Shown here: in pieces, positions 1 to 50,501 of the stretch
How positions within the stretch are numbered: position 1 is the stretch's first letter
How the letters are laid out: every line of letters begins with the position of its first letter
Source: Octopus sinensis
Taxonomy: Eukaryota
Length of the DNA stretch: 64,000 nt
Assembly: GCF_006345805.1 (NCBI RefSeq)
Contig: NC_043009.1
Location: 68,882,001 to 68,946,000 of the forward strand
Reading direction: 5' to 3'
Program-made: the position numbers and the translations under genes
The notes under the pieces: model-generated
The model's database searches: none
The model's input: the letters and a program-made list of their open reading frames with translations, nothing else
What the model was told of the DNA's origin: nothing

Positions 1-908
1 CTGTGCTGGGGCCACGTAAAGAGCGCCCATGCTGGGGCCACGTAAAGAGCACTGATGCTGGTGTCACATAAAAAGCACCCAGTAGACTTTGTAAAGTGGT
101 TGGTGTTGAGGAGGGCATCCAGCAATAGAAACCATGCCAAAACAGACAATTGAAACCTGCTGCAGTCTTATGACTTGCCAACTCTTATCAAACCATCCAA
201 CCCATGCCAGCATGAAAAGGCATAGGTAACCTTTTCCAAGAAGCAGGCTCATCATTAGACAGACCACACTACTAAAACAAATTCAATTTATACAGACAGT
301 GTAAAATTAGATTTAAATGGTATTTGCCAAATAGAAGAAAAGCATGTGTACAAATATAAAAATAGTGTATTATATAAACTTTGATTTGTTTAGCCTTTTT
401 GATTCCATCTCACCTGAGGCCAACCCTGGTTATATGATACAAAACATTTATTTTAAAATGCTTCAATATAAATTTAAACCTTTTGTCATAGTTTTATCTT
501 AAGAACTTTTCTGTAAGTTTTGTTGTGACCTGCTAAAAAGAGTAGTCAAATCATACTCAGCCATCTTGAAAAGCAACACTTTGAATAATATGGTCTGAGA
601 TATAGAGTCAGAAAATAAGATGAGATGGTCGTAACTGGAATACCTTTGTTTGTAAATCTGCTCATTCAGTACTCGCCTGGGGTTAAACAAAAGCATATAA
701 TAGTTTGTGAAGAGCTGGTGTCCCAAAGATAGCATAAAAGCAGAGACACGATATACTATACACTTGAAATTGGTTGTGGGAATCGAGACGAGAGCTGCAA
801 GCTGCTGCTTTTATTTTTGTTTGTGTTTCACAGAATTGAATATATTGACAGGGGTCATCTTGTTGTTGTACATTAATTTCAGGAAGCAGCAGCACCACGT
901 GTGAGTGA

Positions 909-39125
<38,217 letters not shown>

Positions 39126-39861
39126 AGCGGCTTTCAGTGGTGGACCAATGCAGGCGAGTTTAGACATGGCCATCGCCTTCAGCAATCTCTTCAAATCTCT
39201 TAACACTTACAGCCAGTTTTCTCTTGCTTTTTATTTCCCCTCTAAACTCTCTTCTTTCTTTCTTCCTTATTCTCTCCCTCTCTCTCTCTCTCTTTCCTCC
39301 TCATTTACCGTATTTCTGTTGCAGGAAGCTTCAGCGCCCTGCTCGTGCACGTGATTGCCATAGCCCTGCTTCCACCTCCACCTGGCGATGAGGTCCACTG
39401 CTTGACACTTGATGCTATCCAGTCAGGCCTCGGCCTGCGTCTGTATGTTGTCTCTTTTGGTGTCTCTGCTGTCAATGCTACATGTGTCAGTGCAGGGCAC
39501 TCCAGCAGGATCTCATACACCAGCAGCTGGAGGTTACAAGGAAACAGATAGAAATTTCATAATTTGCCACTAATTAACTGGTGGAAACGATTGTGATGAT
39601 GGTGGTCGCTATGGTGATAGAGGATCACCTTGATAGCTCGGAGGACAGCAGTCGTTTTCAATGACTTCTTCCATCAAGCCATCTTCCAATTGAGTCTTTA
39701 ATTCTCTTTCTTCTAAATTATCTCTCTCTTCCTCCATCTCTATCTCTCTTTATCTCTCTCTCTCCCCCTCCCCTCTCATGTTCTCAATGATGAAATCTGG
39801 CTCGTTAACAAGAGAAAAGTGAAAAGAAGTTAAACAAAGAAACCAAACTAACATTGGAGGA

Positions 39862-39867
39862 AATAAA
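39862..39867 (+). promoter_or_regulatory. Candidate CYFIP polyadenylation signal (another at 40089-40094)
   Basis: AATAAA in the A-rich stretch 740 nt after the stop; not verifiable without transcripts. Confidence 0.3.
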
Positions 39868-42800
39868 TGTTAGTAAAAGTATTTAAAAAAAGAAGTAAAA
39901 CATTAAATGAAACAAGAGTAAAAAAAAAGAATTTAATGACAAGGGAATGTCTGCTCCTAGTCTGTAGACAAGCATTCTGATAATGTTTTAATTACTATAA
40001 CCTGCCCTCTGCCACAGTCTCTCGATGTACACACACATATATACACTTAATTTCACCTTCTAATGCTAATTGTTCCTCTAACTCTCAGAATAAACCACGA
40101 ATCTAGCAGTTTTCCCCACTGAACATTGTCTGCTGAAATCTGGATATTAGACGAAAGAAAACGATCTCTCTTCTTATACCACCTCTGTGTGTGTGTGTGT
40201 GTGTGTGTATGTTGGCATGTGTGTGTGTGTGATTGTATATGTTGGCGTGTGTGTGTGTGTTTTGGTGTATGACAGCGTGTGTTCATGCATGATTGACTTC
40301 AATTCATGAGCAGCATATATAGCCGTAACTGCCCGTGATTTGTGTGCGTGTGACACAACTGTCTTCACATCTTTACATAAATGGGTGTGGCTGTGCAGCT
40401 GTCCTCACTTACCTGTTTGGGTGGCTTCACTACTCCCCCCCCCCCACACAAACACACAATGTGTGTTTATAGCTTCCCGCATTTACCCAACCCTATGTGC
40501 AGATGGGTAAATGCATGTGTGTGTGTGCATCTACTGCACATAAATCTCTGCATTTATATGTCCACACTTACATTGCTGTTTTGTGCGCCTGCTTGCACAG
40601 AGCCATGTTGGCTGCTGGGGCAACGACCCACACTCGTTAACCTGTGAATTAAAGCTGCTCTTAGATCTCCGTGGTTTCAGCTTACACTTTCCTCTATTTG
40701 TGGATTCAGCTACTCACACTCACCTGCCTGAGTTCTGTTGTCCACATTTTACCCATGTTTGTGAGGGAACAGTAAACGATATGCCATAAATGGTGTGTAG
40801 TTCTCCCCTCTCCCAGTGGCGGTGGTGGTCGTCGTGGTTGGAAGTCAGGGTATTCTCAAACAATTAGTCTACCTTCTCAATACTACAATGCCCTATATTT
40901 GTTATTCATTTACCCGTATTATACAATTAGTGTGCAGTTTTGTTTTGGGTTTGAAAACTAAAGTTTCTTTTTGCCTCCCACACAACCTTCGACACTTGCT
41001 GAAACCTGAGTTACGATTGTAACCAGTTCCTTCCTTGCAAAAACAAAAAAAACCTACCCTGTCTTACTGAATACCTTCATGCTTAGCAATTCTTTTGTCT
41101 GTGTCTGCAGATGTTGCTAGAGCAGTTGGAAGCCGGGTTAAGATTTATCCATCACTCCACTATTCTACTCTTCCTCCTCCTCAGCTTGGCTCGCAAACCA
41201 AGTTGTCTGCCCTCCTTTCGCCCATACATGCACACGCTGTAGTTGTTTGTGTCGTTGTAATACAGTGGTTGTATCCCTCTACATTTGTAGACTTGTGCTA
41301 TTGAAAATTGCACGAGAAAATATTTACAGGCTTCTAGGGAAAATGAAATGTTGATCGTGGTGTGCTGTCAAAGTAATAAGAGTGAGTGGTAGACCACCTG
41401 ACGTGTAATTCACAATCCAAAGCTAATGATTTAGTAAAAATGAATGAGTTTCTTTAAAAGACAATAGTTAAGTAGAAGTACCAAACATGACTTGGGAATG
41501 GTGTCATTGGGAAGAATATGGAAAAAAACATTTGATAAAGTGATTGACTTAACATGAAAGATCTGACTTTTTTGCTTTGTTTCTTGTGTGTAAATATTTG
41601 ACACTGGAATACTAAAGTCATTTCAGTTGACTAATCCAGCCGTCAAAATGTCTGGCCTTGAGTCCATTGTTAGAAATGCAGAAATTAGTAGACATTGTCT
41701 TCAAGAAAGAGAAGCTATTGTGATGGCGATTACTGGAGTGTCTTGAGACAAAGGTTAACGATCACAATCATCGTCATCATCATCTCTGTCTTCAGATTTG
41801 GCTACAGATATTTCTGATGTTCTCACAGATGGATCATGATTTGAATTAATCCTGTATTATCTTGTAGCTTCAAGATTTTGAATGATGTGATTGTTTACGT
41901 CTAGAATGACATTGCTGGGTAGGTGTGAGAGGCCAGTTCTGGCCATTCTGAACTTAAAACAGGTGAAATATCCGGAGCCAGTTTAGATGCTAATGGTTTG
42001 ACTGCTGTTTTGACTTTCATTTTGCAGCAGAAATTTTAAACAAGCAAAAAAGAAAATCAATCAGAATTTACGGAGTGCCTCTCCGAAAGCACTTCACCAC
42101 AAAGTACATGGATCGAGTCCCTGTGCATGCAGGAGGAGTCCTGCTGATGGAGTCATTGTATTTCTGTCTTCACTATTTAAAGGGCTTTAAATGAAACTAT
42201 AACAATAACCAACACACAGCTAACCCATCAATCTGTTGGTTGATTCCCATTCTGTGTGTGTGTGTGTGTGTGTGTCCATGTGTCCCTCTTTTTCCTGTGC
42301 CATATTCTTGTTATAACCACACACAACCCTCAGCCGTTCAACTCCTCTGTTTTTCACATTCAGAGATGATTCTTTGAATTTTCTCCCTTTGGGTTCTTCA
42401 GGGTCAGAAGAGGGAAAAGTGATTGTGAAAATGTAAAGTGGTCGTTGTCGTTAAAACTGAGGAAACATCTTTGATGAGGTTTTTTTTTATTTTTTTCAAC
42501 CTTTTTGTCAAGTTTTCTTTTTATTGTCTGTTCATGTATGTTCTGATAATAATAATAATCCTTTCTACTGAAGGCACAAGACCTGAAATTTGGTGCTAGG
42601 GGGTGTTAGTTGATTACATCAACCCCAGTGCTTAACCAGTACTTATTTTATCAACTCCGAAAGGTTGAAAGGCCAAGTCAACCTTGGTGGAATTTACTCA
42701 GAATGTAAAAACCAACAAAATACCACTGAGCATTTTGCTGCCCCGGGGCCTGCTAACGGTTCTGCCCGCTCCCCCTGCCTTAAAATTATAATAACTTTAA

Positions 42801-43221
42801 TAGTAGTGTCCTCCCAGTGTTCAGTATCCCACCAGCGGAACTGACATCCACACTATGAACTAATGATACACGTGTCCCCTTATGCAGTGCCCTTCTTTGC
42901 TGTCTGCAAGAGTTTGCCATACCTATCGTCCCTCCCCTCAAACCACTGATTTCTAAATAGTGAAATGTGTGGGAGTGGGAATAAGGCCATTGGTGTATTG
43001 CAAACTGTCTCCTGTTTGTTGGAGACACCGTGGAGTCTTCTAGTTACGGAAGGAAACGGATCAACAGCTCAAAGGTTGTTAGTTGGTCGTCACCCTAACA
43101 TTTTTGCCATCTGCAATTCACACCAACACACATTTAAATTATTGTCTTCAGTAAAACTACTACACTCACCCCCCCCCCTGCACTCCCAACAACAACCACA
43201 ACAATTATTATTATTAGTGTG

Positions 43222-43480
43222 GAGGCACACAATGGCCTAGTGGTTAGGGTAGGGGGAGCCCTGCTGTATTCTTTCACCACAACTTTCTCTCACTCTTTCT
43301 TCCTCTTTCTCTTGTACCTGTATTTCAAAGGGGCCAGCCTTGTCACACTCTGTGTCGTGCTGAATCTCCCCCAAAAGCTACGTGTCTGTGGAGGGCTCAG
43401 CCACTTGCCCGTTAATTTCACAAGCAGGCTGTTCCCTTGATCGGATCAACTGGGACCCTCGTCGCTGTAACCGACGATTA
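43222..43480 (+). mobile_element. Additional tRNA-head SINE, internally deleted
   Basis: A box TGGCCTAGTGG, no B box, followed by a distinct SINE-like body. Confidence 0.5.
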
Positions 43481-44031
43481 TTATTAATAATTATTATTTT
43501 AGGTGATAAGTTGGTGGAATCATAAGCCTGTCCTTAGCAACATTTCTTTCATCTCTACATTCTGAGTTCAAATCCCACCATGGTCCACTTTGCCTTTCAT
43601 CTTTGCGGGGCTGATGAACACAGTGTTTGAGGCAATCAACTCACTCCCTCCCCTGGATCTGCTGGCCTTGTGCCAAAATTTAGAATCATTATTATTATTA
43701 TTACTTTTATTTTGTGACCTATTATATTTTCAGTTTTATTTTGGGTTTTTTTCCCTTGCAGTTTTTTTTATAATTATATATATATTCATTTACTATGAAA
43801 ATGGTAATTATAAACATTTCTTCAGCATTTATATTTGCGGTTCAGTTAGTATGTAACTGTTACCAAAATGCAGTAAGCATAGCTCGCCTTTAACTGGGTC
43901 ACAGTTTTAGTTCACATGTCATTTAGCCAGATATTGACTTGACATAGATCTCCTTGATAGTGGCTGCCCAAGGGTTACACAACTATGTGTGCATGCACAC
44001 ACACACACACACACGTAATATCTATTTTTAG

Positions 44032-44067
<36 letters not shown>

Positions 44068-47000
44068 TATTTGCTTAAGGCCTTCAGTTTATCATGGAAA
44101 TATATAATCAGATATAAACTGGTGCGTGTGGTCTATTGTGTGTGTGTATGTGCTTCTTCTTCCCTTCATAAAAAAGATCCACATTGTATTCATGTCTTTA
44201 CAAAGCCTCTCCCATCACGTGAAAGGAGCAGGTTTCAAAACTGATTACAGTGGTATAAAACCCATAGGATATCATTCAGTATGCCAGCCAGAGGCCCCTA
44301 TTAAGGTCTTCCTCCAGGCATTTATGCACTTAATGCTGCAACTCAATACTCTTAAACGATGCGCTTTTTATATTAAAATATCATTTCCTTAGATTAATTG
44401 TCAGAGTGTAAAATTATCCTATAGCAGGATTTCACACATGAGGGCCCTGACCTCGTGCCTAGGTATTTCATTATAACCAAGAGTAGCTTGGTAGCATCCA
44501 AAAGCTTCGTGCCACATGAATTGCATGACATCTCCTCTTTGTGTGCAGCTTTTCCTCTGCATATTACCATCACTTCAAAGATTTATAAGAGCAGTGATCT
44601 GAAAAGTGTTCATGCAGAAGTTTCTTTGGCAGCAGAACATTTACTTTTTTGGGTGTATCTGTGTGTGTGTGTAAGTTGAAAATGCACTTGGAGATTTTAA
44701 GGAAATTTATTTAGTTATCTAACCAGTTTGACGATTTCATTATTTTCCAAAAGTAGTAGAGAAGAGGGGGGACATGGAGTTTTGCCAAATTTGTCTTGAC
44801 TCTTGAGACTCTGAGAGCCAAGACTAATATAACAGAGCTCCAAGCCCCTTATCTCTACCACTTTTTGGAAAATAATGAAATTGTGAAACCGGTTAAGTAA
44901 CTCTAAATAAATGTTCTTAAAGACTCCAAGTGCATTTTTAACTTCTTTATATTTCTGCTCACGTGAGAGAAAAAAACTTAATTTCTTGTGTATTTGTATG
45001 CAGATATTTGTGTGTGTATACACATACCTGTATATGTATATATATGTATGTAGATGTGTACATGCACTCATATATACACACACAGTCTCTAATCTCTTGA
45101 ATTTCTAGAAATATTTCTCCCAGCCATTATTATTTAGATTGACTGAGTCAGAGCATCGGACAATATCTTATGGCATTCGTTTCAGCTTTTTATGTTCTGA
45201 ATTCAGATCCTTACAGGATCAGCCTTTTACCTTGTGGGGTTTGGTAAATCAACTAACCCCCCCACCCACCTCTGCCAAATTCCTGGCCTTGTACCTATGC
45301 TGGACATTACTATTATCATTATTATTATTATTATTATATTTTTAAATTATAAATTACTGTGTGGCTAAAATTCAACTTATGTAAAAAAGAAATCTCTACT
45401 GTCTCTCCCTTCCCCCTCTTCCTCCAGGACCCTTATAACCAAATTTATAAGCTTCTGGAATTTTTATAAACCCTGGGTTTCAAGTTTTGCCTCCTAAAGC
45501 AGTTATTGCATTGATCCCTTAAGCAAGACCCTTAACTCTAATCGCCCCTAAAAAACTTTTATGCCTTTGTGAGAAATCCTTATATCCAGTTTCCTGGTAT
45601 TTATTCCACTTTACAACATTTTCTGTATTTATTTATGTTTTTTTCCCTTTATTGTAGACATTTTTTACACTTTTTTATTTCTTAATTTTTATTTTCTCTT
45701 CTCCTCCACTTTGGAATGAATATTTTTACTTTTTCATATTTTTTTTTTTGTTTCAAGCCAGAATGTCACTAAATCCTGTAAATATGAAAAAAAATATGTA
45801 TCTTTTTGTTGATGTTGTTGTTGTTGTTCTTGTTTTTATTTATTATTATTATTATTTTATTGTTGCTGTTATTTATTTCCTCCAAAAGTTTTTGTGATGA
45901 GGACAACAGTAGAAATTTCTAAATATTCACCTGTGCACCCTCTAACCCAAACACATTTTTTAAAAATACCCATTTCTCCCATCCCCAGGAACCAAAGTTT
46001 GTATGTCCCTTTTCTAGAAGGACCAAGCTATGCGCCTACCTTTGGACCAAACTCTGTGTCCAAACCGAACCCGCTGCTGATGTTTTCAGAATTAATTTCC
46101 ATTAGGAAGGAAAAAAATCGTCAACATCCGCATGCATTCATCTATTTTTTATCTTAACCCCCCCCTCGCCCCTAAACGCCCTCCCCTACCCCCCCTGTCA
46201 TATTGTAATATTGACTGGCTGGTGTTTTTATTTCCTTCTTTCTTACATACAAAATAGCAGTATTTTATCCTTTTTGGTTGGAACCATGCATGCATGCTTT
46301 TGAATTTTAAGTTTTGTTCTTATTTTCTTTACCATCGGATTAATTGGAGAACCAAACCTTCATACCCTTTTCTTCTCTCTCTCTTCTTTGTTACCAAAGA
46401 ATTTCTTTTAAAAGCAATGTCCAAAGTGTTCCATTGTCCATTTCAAGACCACACACCAACACCTGCTGCTAACCAAACTGTTCTCTTTAATCAGTTGTTG
46501 TTCTTCATTTGCTTTCACTGAAAATGAAGAATGGAAAAAAGAAAGCAATTAGAAGGAATGACCTTGGGCTATTCTTCCCAGGAATAAGTGCAAAAGAAGG
46601 CTATAATATTTTTTTATTCTTCTTTGAACAACAAACACAAGTTTGGTTGGTTCAGTATTTCTGCCATGGTTCTGCACGCAAAAACAAACGAATAATTTAC
46701 CTTTCTAGAATCCTGGAGAGGACAGTCACCGGAACAGTTTAAAATGGTTTGCAGAGTTGTAGCAGGAATGGTTTTGTACAAACAGAGAACCCCTACAATA
46801 GGCATGATTTGGGATGTTGGCCCTTGAATTTTAAAAGGGAAGGAGAATAATGAGGAATGGTCACAGGTTTTGTCTTTGGAATAGCAGCAGAGTTGACCTT
46901 GATTGTTGATTCGGTGCAGACATGATTGTGTGGTCAGGCAGCTTGCTTCTCAACCATGTGGACCATGTGGTCTTGCATTCAGTCCCACTGCGTGACACCT

Positions 47001-47700
47001 TGGACGAGTGTCTTCAGCTATAACCCTGGGCCAACCAATGCCATGTGAGTGCCTTTGGTTGACAGGAACTGAAAGAAGCCCTTTGTGTGTATACATTTGT
47101 CGAACCCATGCCAGCATTGAAAACGAACATTAAACGATGATGATGATGATGTCTTTGTGTTTGTCCCCCACACACACACTTCCAACCAGTGTCCATTTTG
47201 TTTTTACGTCCCCCTCACCTAGCAGTTCAACAAAAGAGACCAATAGAATAAGTACCAGGCTTAAAATTTGTACTGGGGTCGATTTGTTCCATTAATATTT
47301 TTCAAGGTGGTGCCCCAGCATGGCCACACTCCGAAGGCGAATGGCAGTCTTCTCTTCACGGCTCACCACCACCACCACCAACTCCTCACTGCTTTCACTC
47401 TTTCTCTCTTATCCTTGTCAACATAGTCTGCCCCTCTGACCGTCTCCACTTCACTGATAACCTCTGTCCCTGTGTGTGCTAGTTTGTAATAAGATAACAA
47501 TCGATTATCGTCACCCTCCCCCCTCTCTCTCCTTGTGTGTGTATCTATCAGTTCACCGTTTACTGTATCCTCAGTCAAGGAGCATAACTCTTGCCTGCCT
47601 CAGCCAATTCCTGTCCCCTTACGTCCCATCAGTGTCAATATCTCGGTTGTGTGCTAAACAGAAGCAACGAGATACCGTTAAACATATATACAAACCAACT

Positions 47701-47735
<35 letters not shown>

Positions 47736-49287
47736 CTGCAGCATTGCATGTAAATTTGTACACAAAATATTGTATTAATGGTGGGGGCGGGTCTGGAACC
47801 ACATTTCTCGCGTCTTGGTTGAACTGACATCAGCAGTATTTGTTTCTCTGCTGTGTTTGTTTTGTTAGTTGTTGTAATTTGATGATTTGAAACACACAGG
47901 AGAGAACAATGTCTTTTGAAGGCAACAAAGGAGGGGTTTTTTTTTTGTGTGTGGTTTGTGTTGTTATCTTGTTGTTTGCTTGGAGACACAAGGCATATTG
48001 TATTAAGCCAGCTCCCATAGGAGGTGGCTTAATACAGCACTGATGTGTGTGTGTGTGTGTCTGTGCAATCATATGAGCAATTAATGTTGACCCCCTTTAC
48101 TTATCCACTACTTTGAGAATGTTCAGCATACCAGATTCAGTGGGATGTCAGCATCTGACCTCTATCAATCCAGCTGTGACCATTCCGCTGAAATCAGGTG
48201 ATCTCTGCTGGGAATGTTATACATGCACACCTGTGCATTCGTATGTGTATAAAATGTGTTGTACATTTGGTTCTGCAATCAGGAGAAAAAAAAATTACTC
48301 AGCAAATTGAGAAGAGAGATTAATGATTCATTTCATTGTTAGTCAGAGTCATTAACCATCTAATTAGCACAGCGACAAACCCTGTGTCAATTATCCATAT
48401 TGAACATGTATTAACACATGCAGACTTGCATGCATAATCTCTCTCAAATCAAGATATCATTCATACTTAATTGTTATGCCAACAAATCTAATCTGATAAT
48501 CCACAGAACTTTTAATCCGTAGAGATTATGTGCAGTGGTACTGGTGTATCATTTGTATTCCCTTAATTTACTTAAACATAGCTTTCAAACTATCATCCAT
48601 GCAATTTATTTTAACTCACAAATGTGTGTGTGTGTAAATCACAGTGTATAAAGATACAAGCCATTAATAGTTTCCTGCTGTGGAAACCTGTGTCTCGGCA
48701 GATTTTTACAAAATGCCTTGTGTCACCAAGCAAACAAGGTGTGTTATAAACCCTGCCGAGACCTACATCTCCAATCAAAAAACTATTAGTAACCCTTATT
48801 TTAACTGTTGACATTAAATGTTAGTTATTCTCACTGAAACAGTAAACTAGAGAGAGAGAGAGAGTGAGTGTATGTGTGTGTGTGTGTTCACGGTGAATTT
48901 AGGTAGAAACAGTGAAAACAAACAATACAATGAAATTTCTTTATCAGCCATCAAATTAGATGTGGCTGAAATATCAACACCTTTGTTTGTGTGTGTGACT
49001 TCTCTCACAAGACTTAAGGTCAGTCAAAGACAATAGTAGAAGGCACTCCTGATGCTGTGCAGTGGGACTGAACCAGAAACCACACAGTTGGGAAGTGATA
49101 AACATATGTGTATATGTGTGTGTAAACACATGCAAATATGTATATTTCTATGTATGTGTTATATATGTGTGTGTGTGTGTGTGAGGCAGACAGTTTTATT
49201 TTATATTTTAGTGAAGAAACTGCAATTTATAGATAGCTGCTGCTCTGAAACATAGACACACACACACACACATATTATATTATAATA

Positions 49288-49560
49288 TGGTGTGGGTCAG
49301 TGGTTAGGATGTTGCACTCACAGGGGCAAGACCATGGGTTTGCATCCCAGACTGGGCAACATGTTGTGTTCTTAGCGAAAATGCTTGCTTTTACATTGCC
49401 GCAGTCCATTTAGCTGTAAGTAGGTAACCCTGTCATGGAATATGCTTCCTATCAGGGGAATGTTGACCTTCCTGCCTAGCCAGCAGGGTGGGGGTCATTT
49501 GAATGCTAAAAAAATGTGAAGTGCATTGTGACTAGCAATGTATAACCTCCAATAGTCAGG
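49288..49560 (+). mobile_element. tRNA-head SINE with a conserved-core-like central domain
   Basis: Head GGTCAGTGGTTAGG; core CAGTCCATTTAGCTGTAAG..CCCTG shared with 53095-53190. Confidence 0.45.
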
Positions 49561-50463
49561 TCGATACCATGATATTTTCTTATATACATATTCATACACA
49601 ACACAACATGCATTAGGAAATTTTAAATGGTTCTTAAAGCAGTTAAACCACAGTTGTTCTGCTTTCGCCCATGGAACATTGAGCAGATGTGAAGACATCT
49701 TGGAACTCTCTTCATCCCAAGAAAAATAAGAGAAAGCGAGAAACACAATCTCATTTATTTTTCCCAACATAAACAGGTAACGATGCATTTACATAAAATT
49801 CCTCTAGGTTACTTTAAATTTACTTTACACACTCAAACAAACAGGTATTCACACACACATTTATGGTGATGGTGATGATGATGATGATAGTGGGGTTAGC
49901 TAACCATTTTTGTTTTTTGTTTTTTTTATTCTTGAAAGCCTCTAATTGATACTTTGATCGATGGCACTACTTGGAGATGATGATGGCCAAATTTATAGGA
50001 TATCGGACAATCGGCCACAGGTGGACCAGTGGCTGATTTGTGTCATATTACCAACTCTGCACAGTCTGTGACACTTTTAAACGGGGGCAATCTAACTAGC
50101 CATAGGTGTGGGCCACATAATGGAGTTGGTCACCATTGAAAGTTGTAAACAGGGGTAACATTACCGTGGCACTTGGCCATTGTTTTGTTAGGTCGCTGAT
50201 GCGTTTAGTAGGATTGAGGTCCTCTTGTAGGGTGAGTGAGGGGCCACTATAGAAGCACCATTTTCTGCCATCCTGCTTAAAATCCCACAAGCACCACTCA
50301 TTCTAGAATGGTGATCATGGAAGCAAATGGATGAACAGGGTGCACTATTTCGATAATGATTTTGGGGTGGAAAGGAAAATATAACAAGTTAAAATGTTAA
50401 AGAAATAAAGCAAGCAAAAAGATATATATATATATATATATGAATACAGTTTGTACATGTGTA

Positions 50464-50501
<38 letters not shown>

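Noticed and set aside
39305-39551. ORFs on both strands after the CYFIP stop (e.g. LLECPALTHVAL, LRR-like)
   Set aside because: Short, no further repeats, no supporting exons; best explained as 3'UTR
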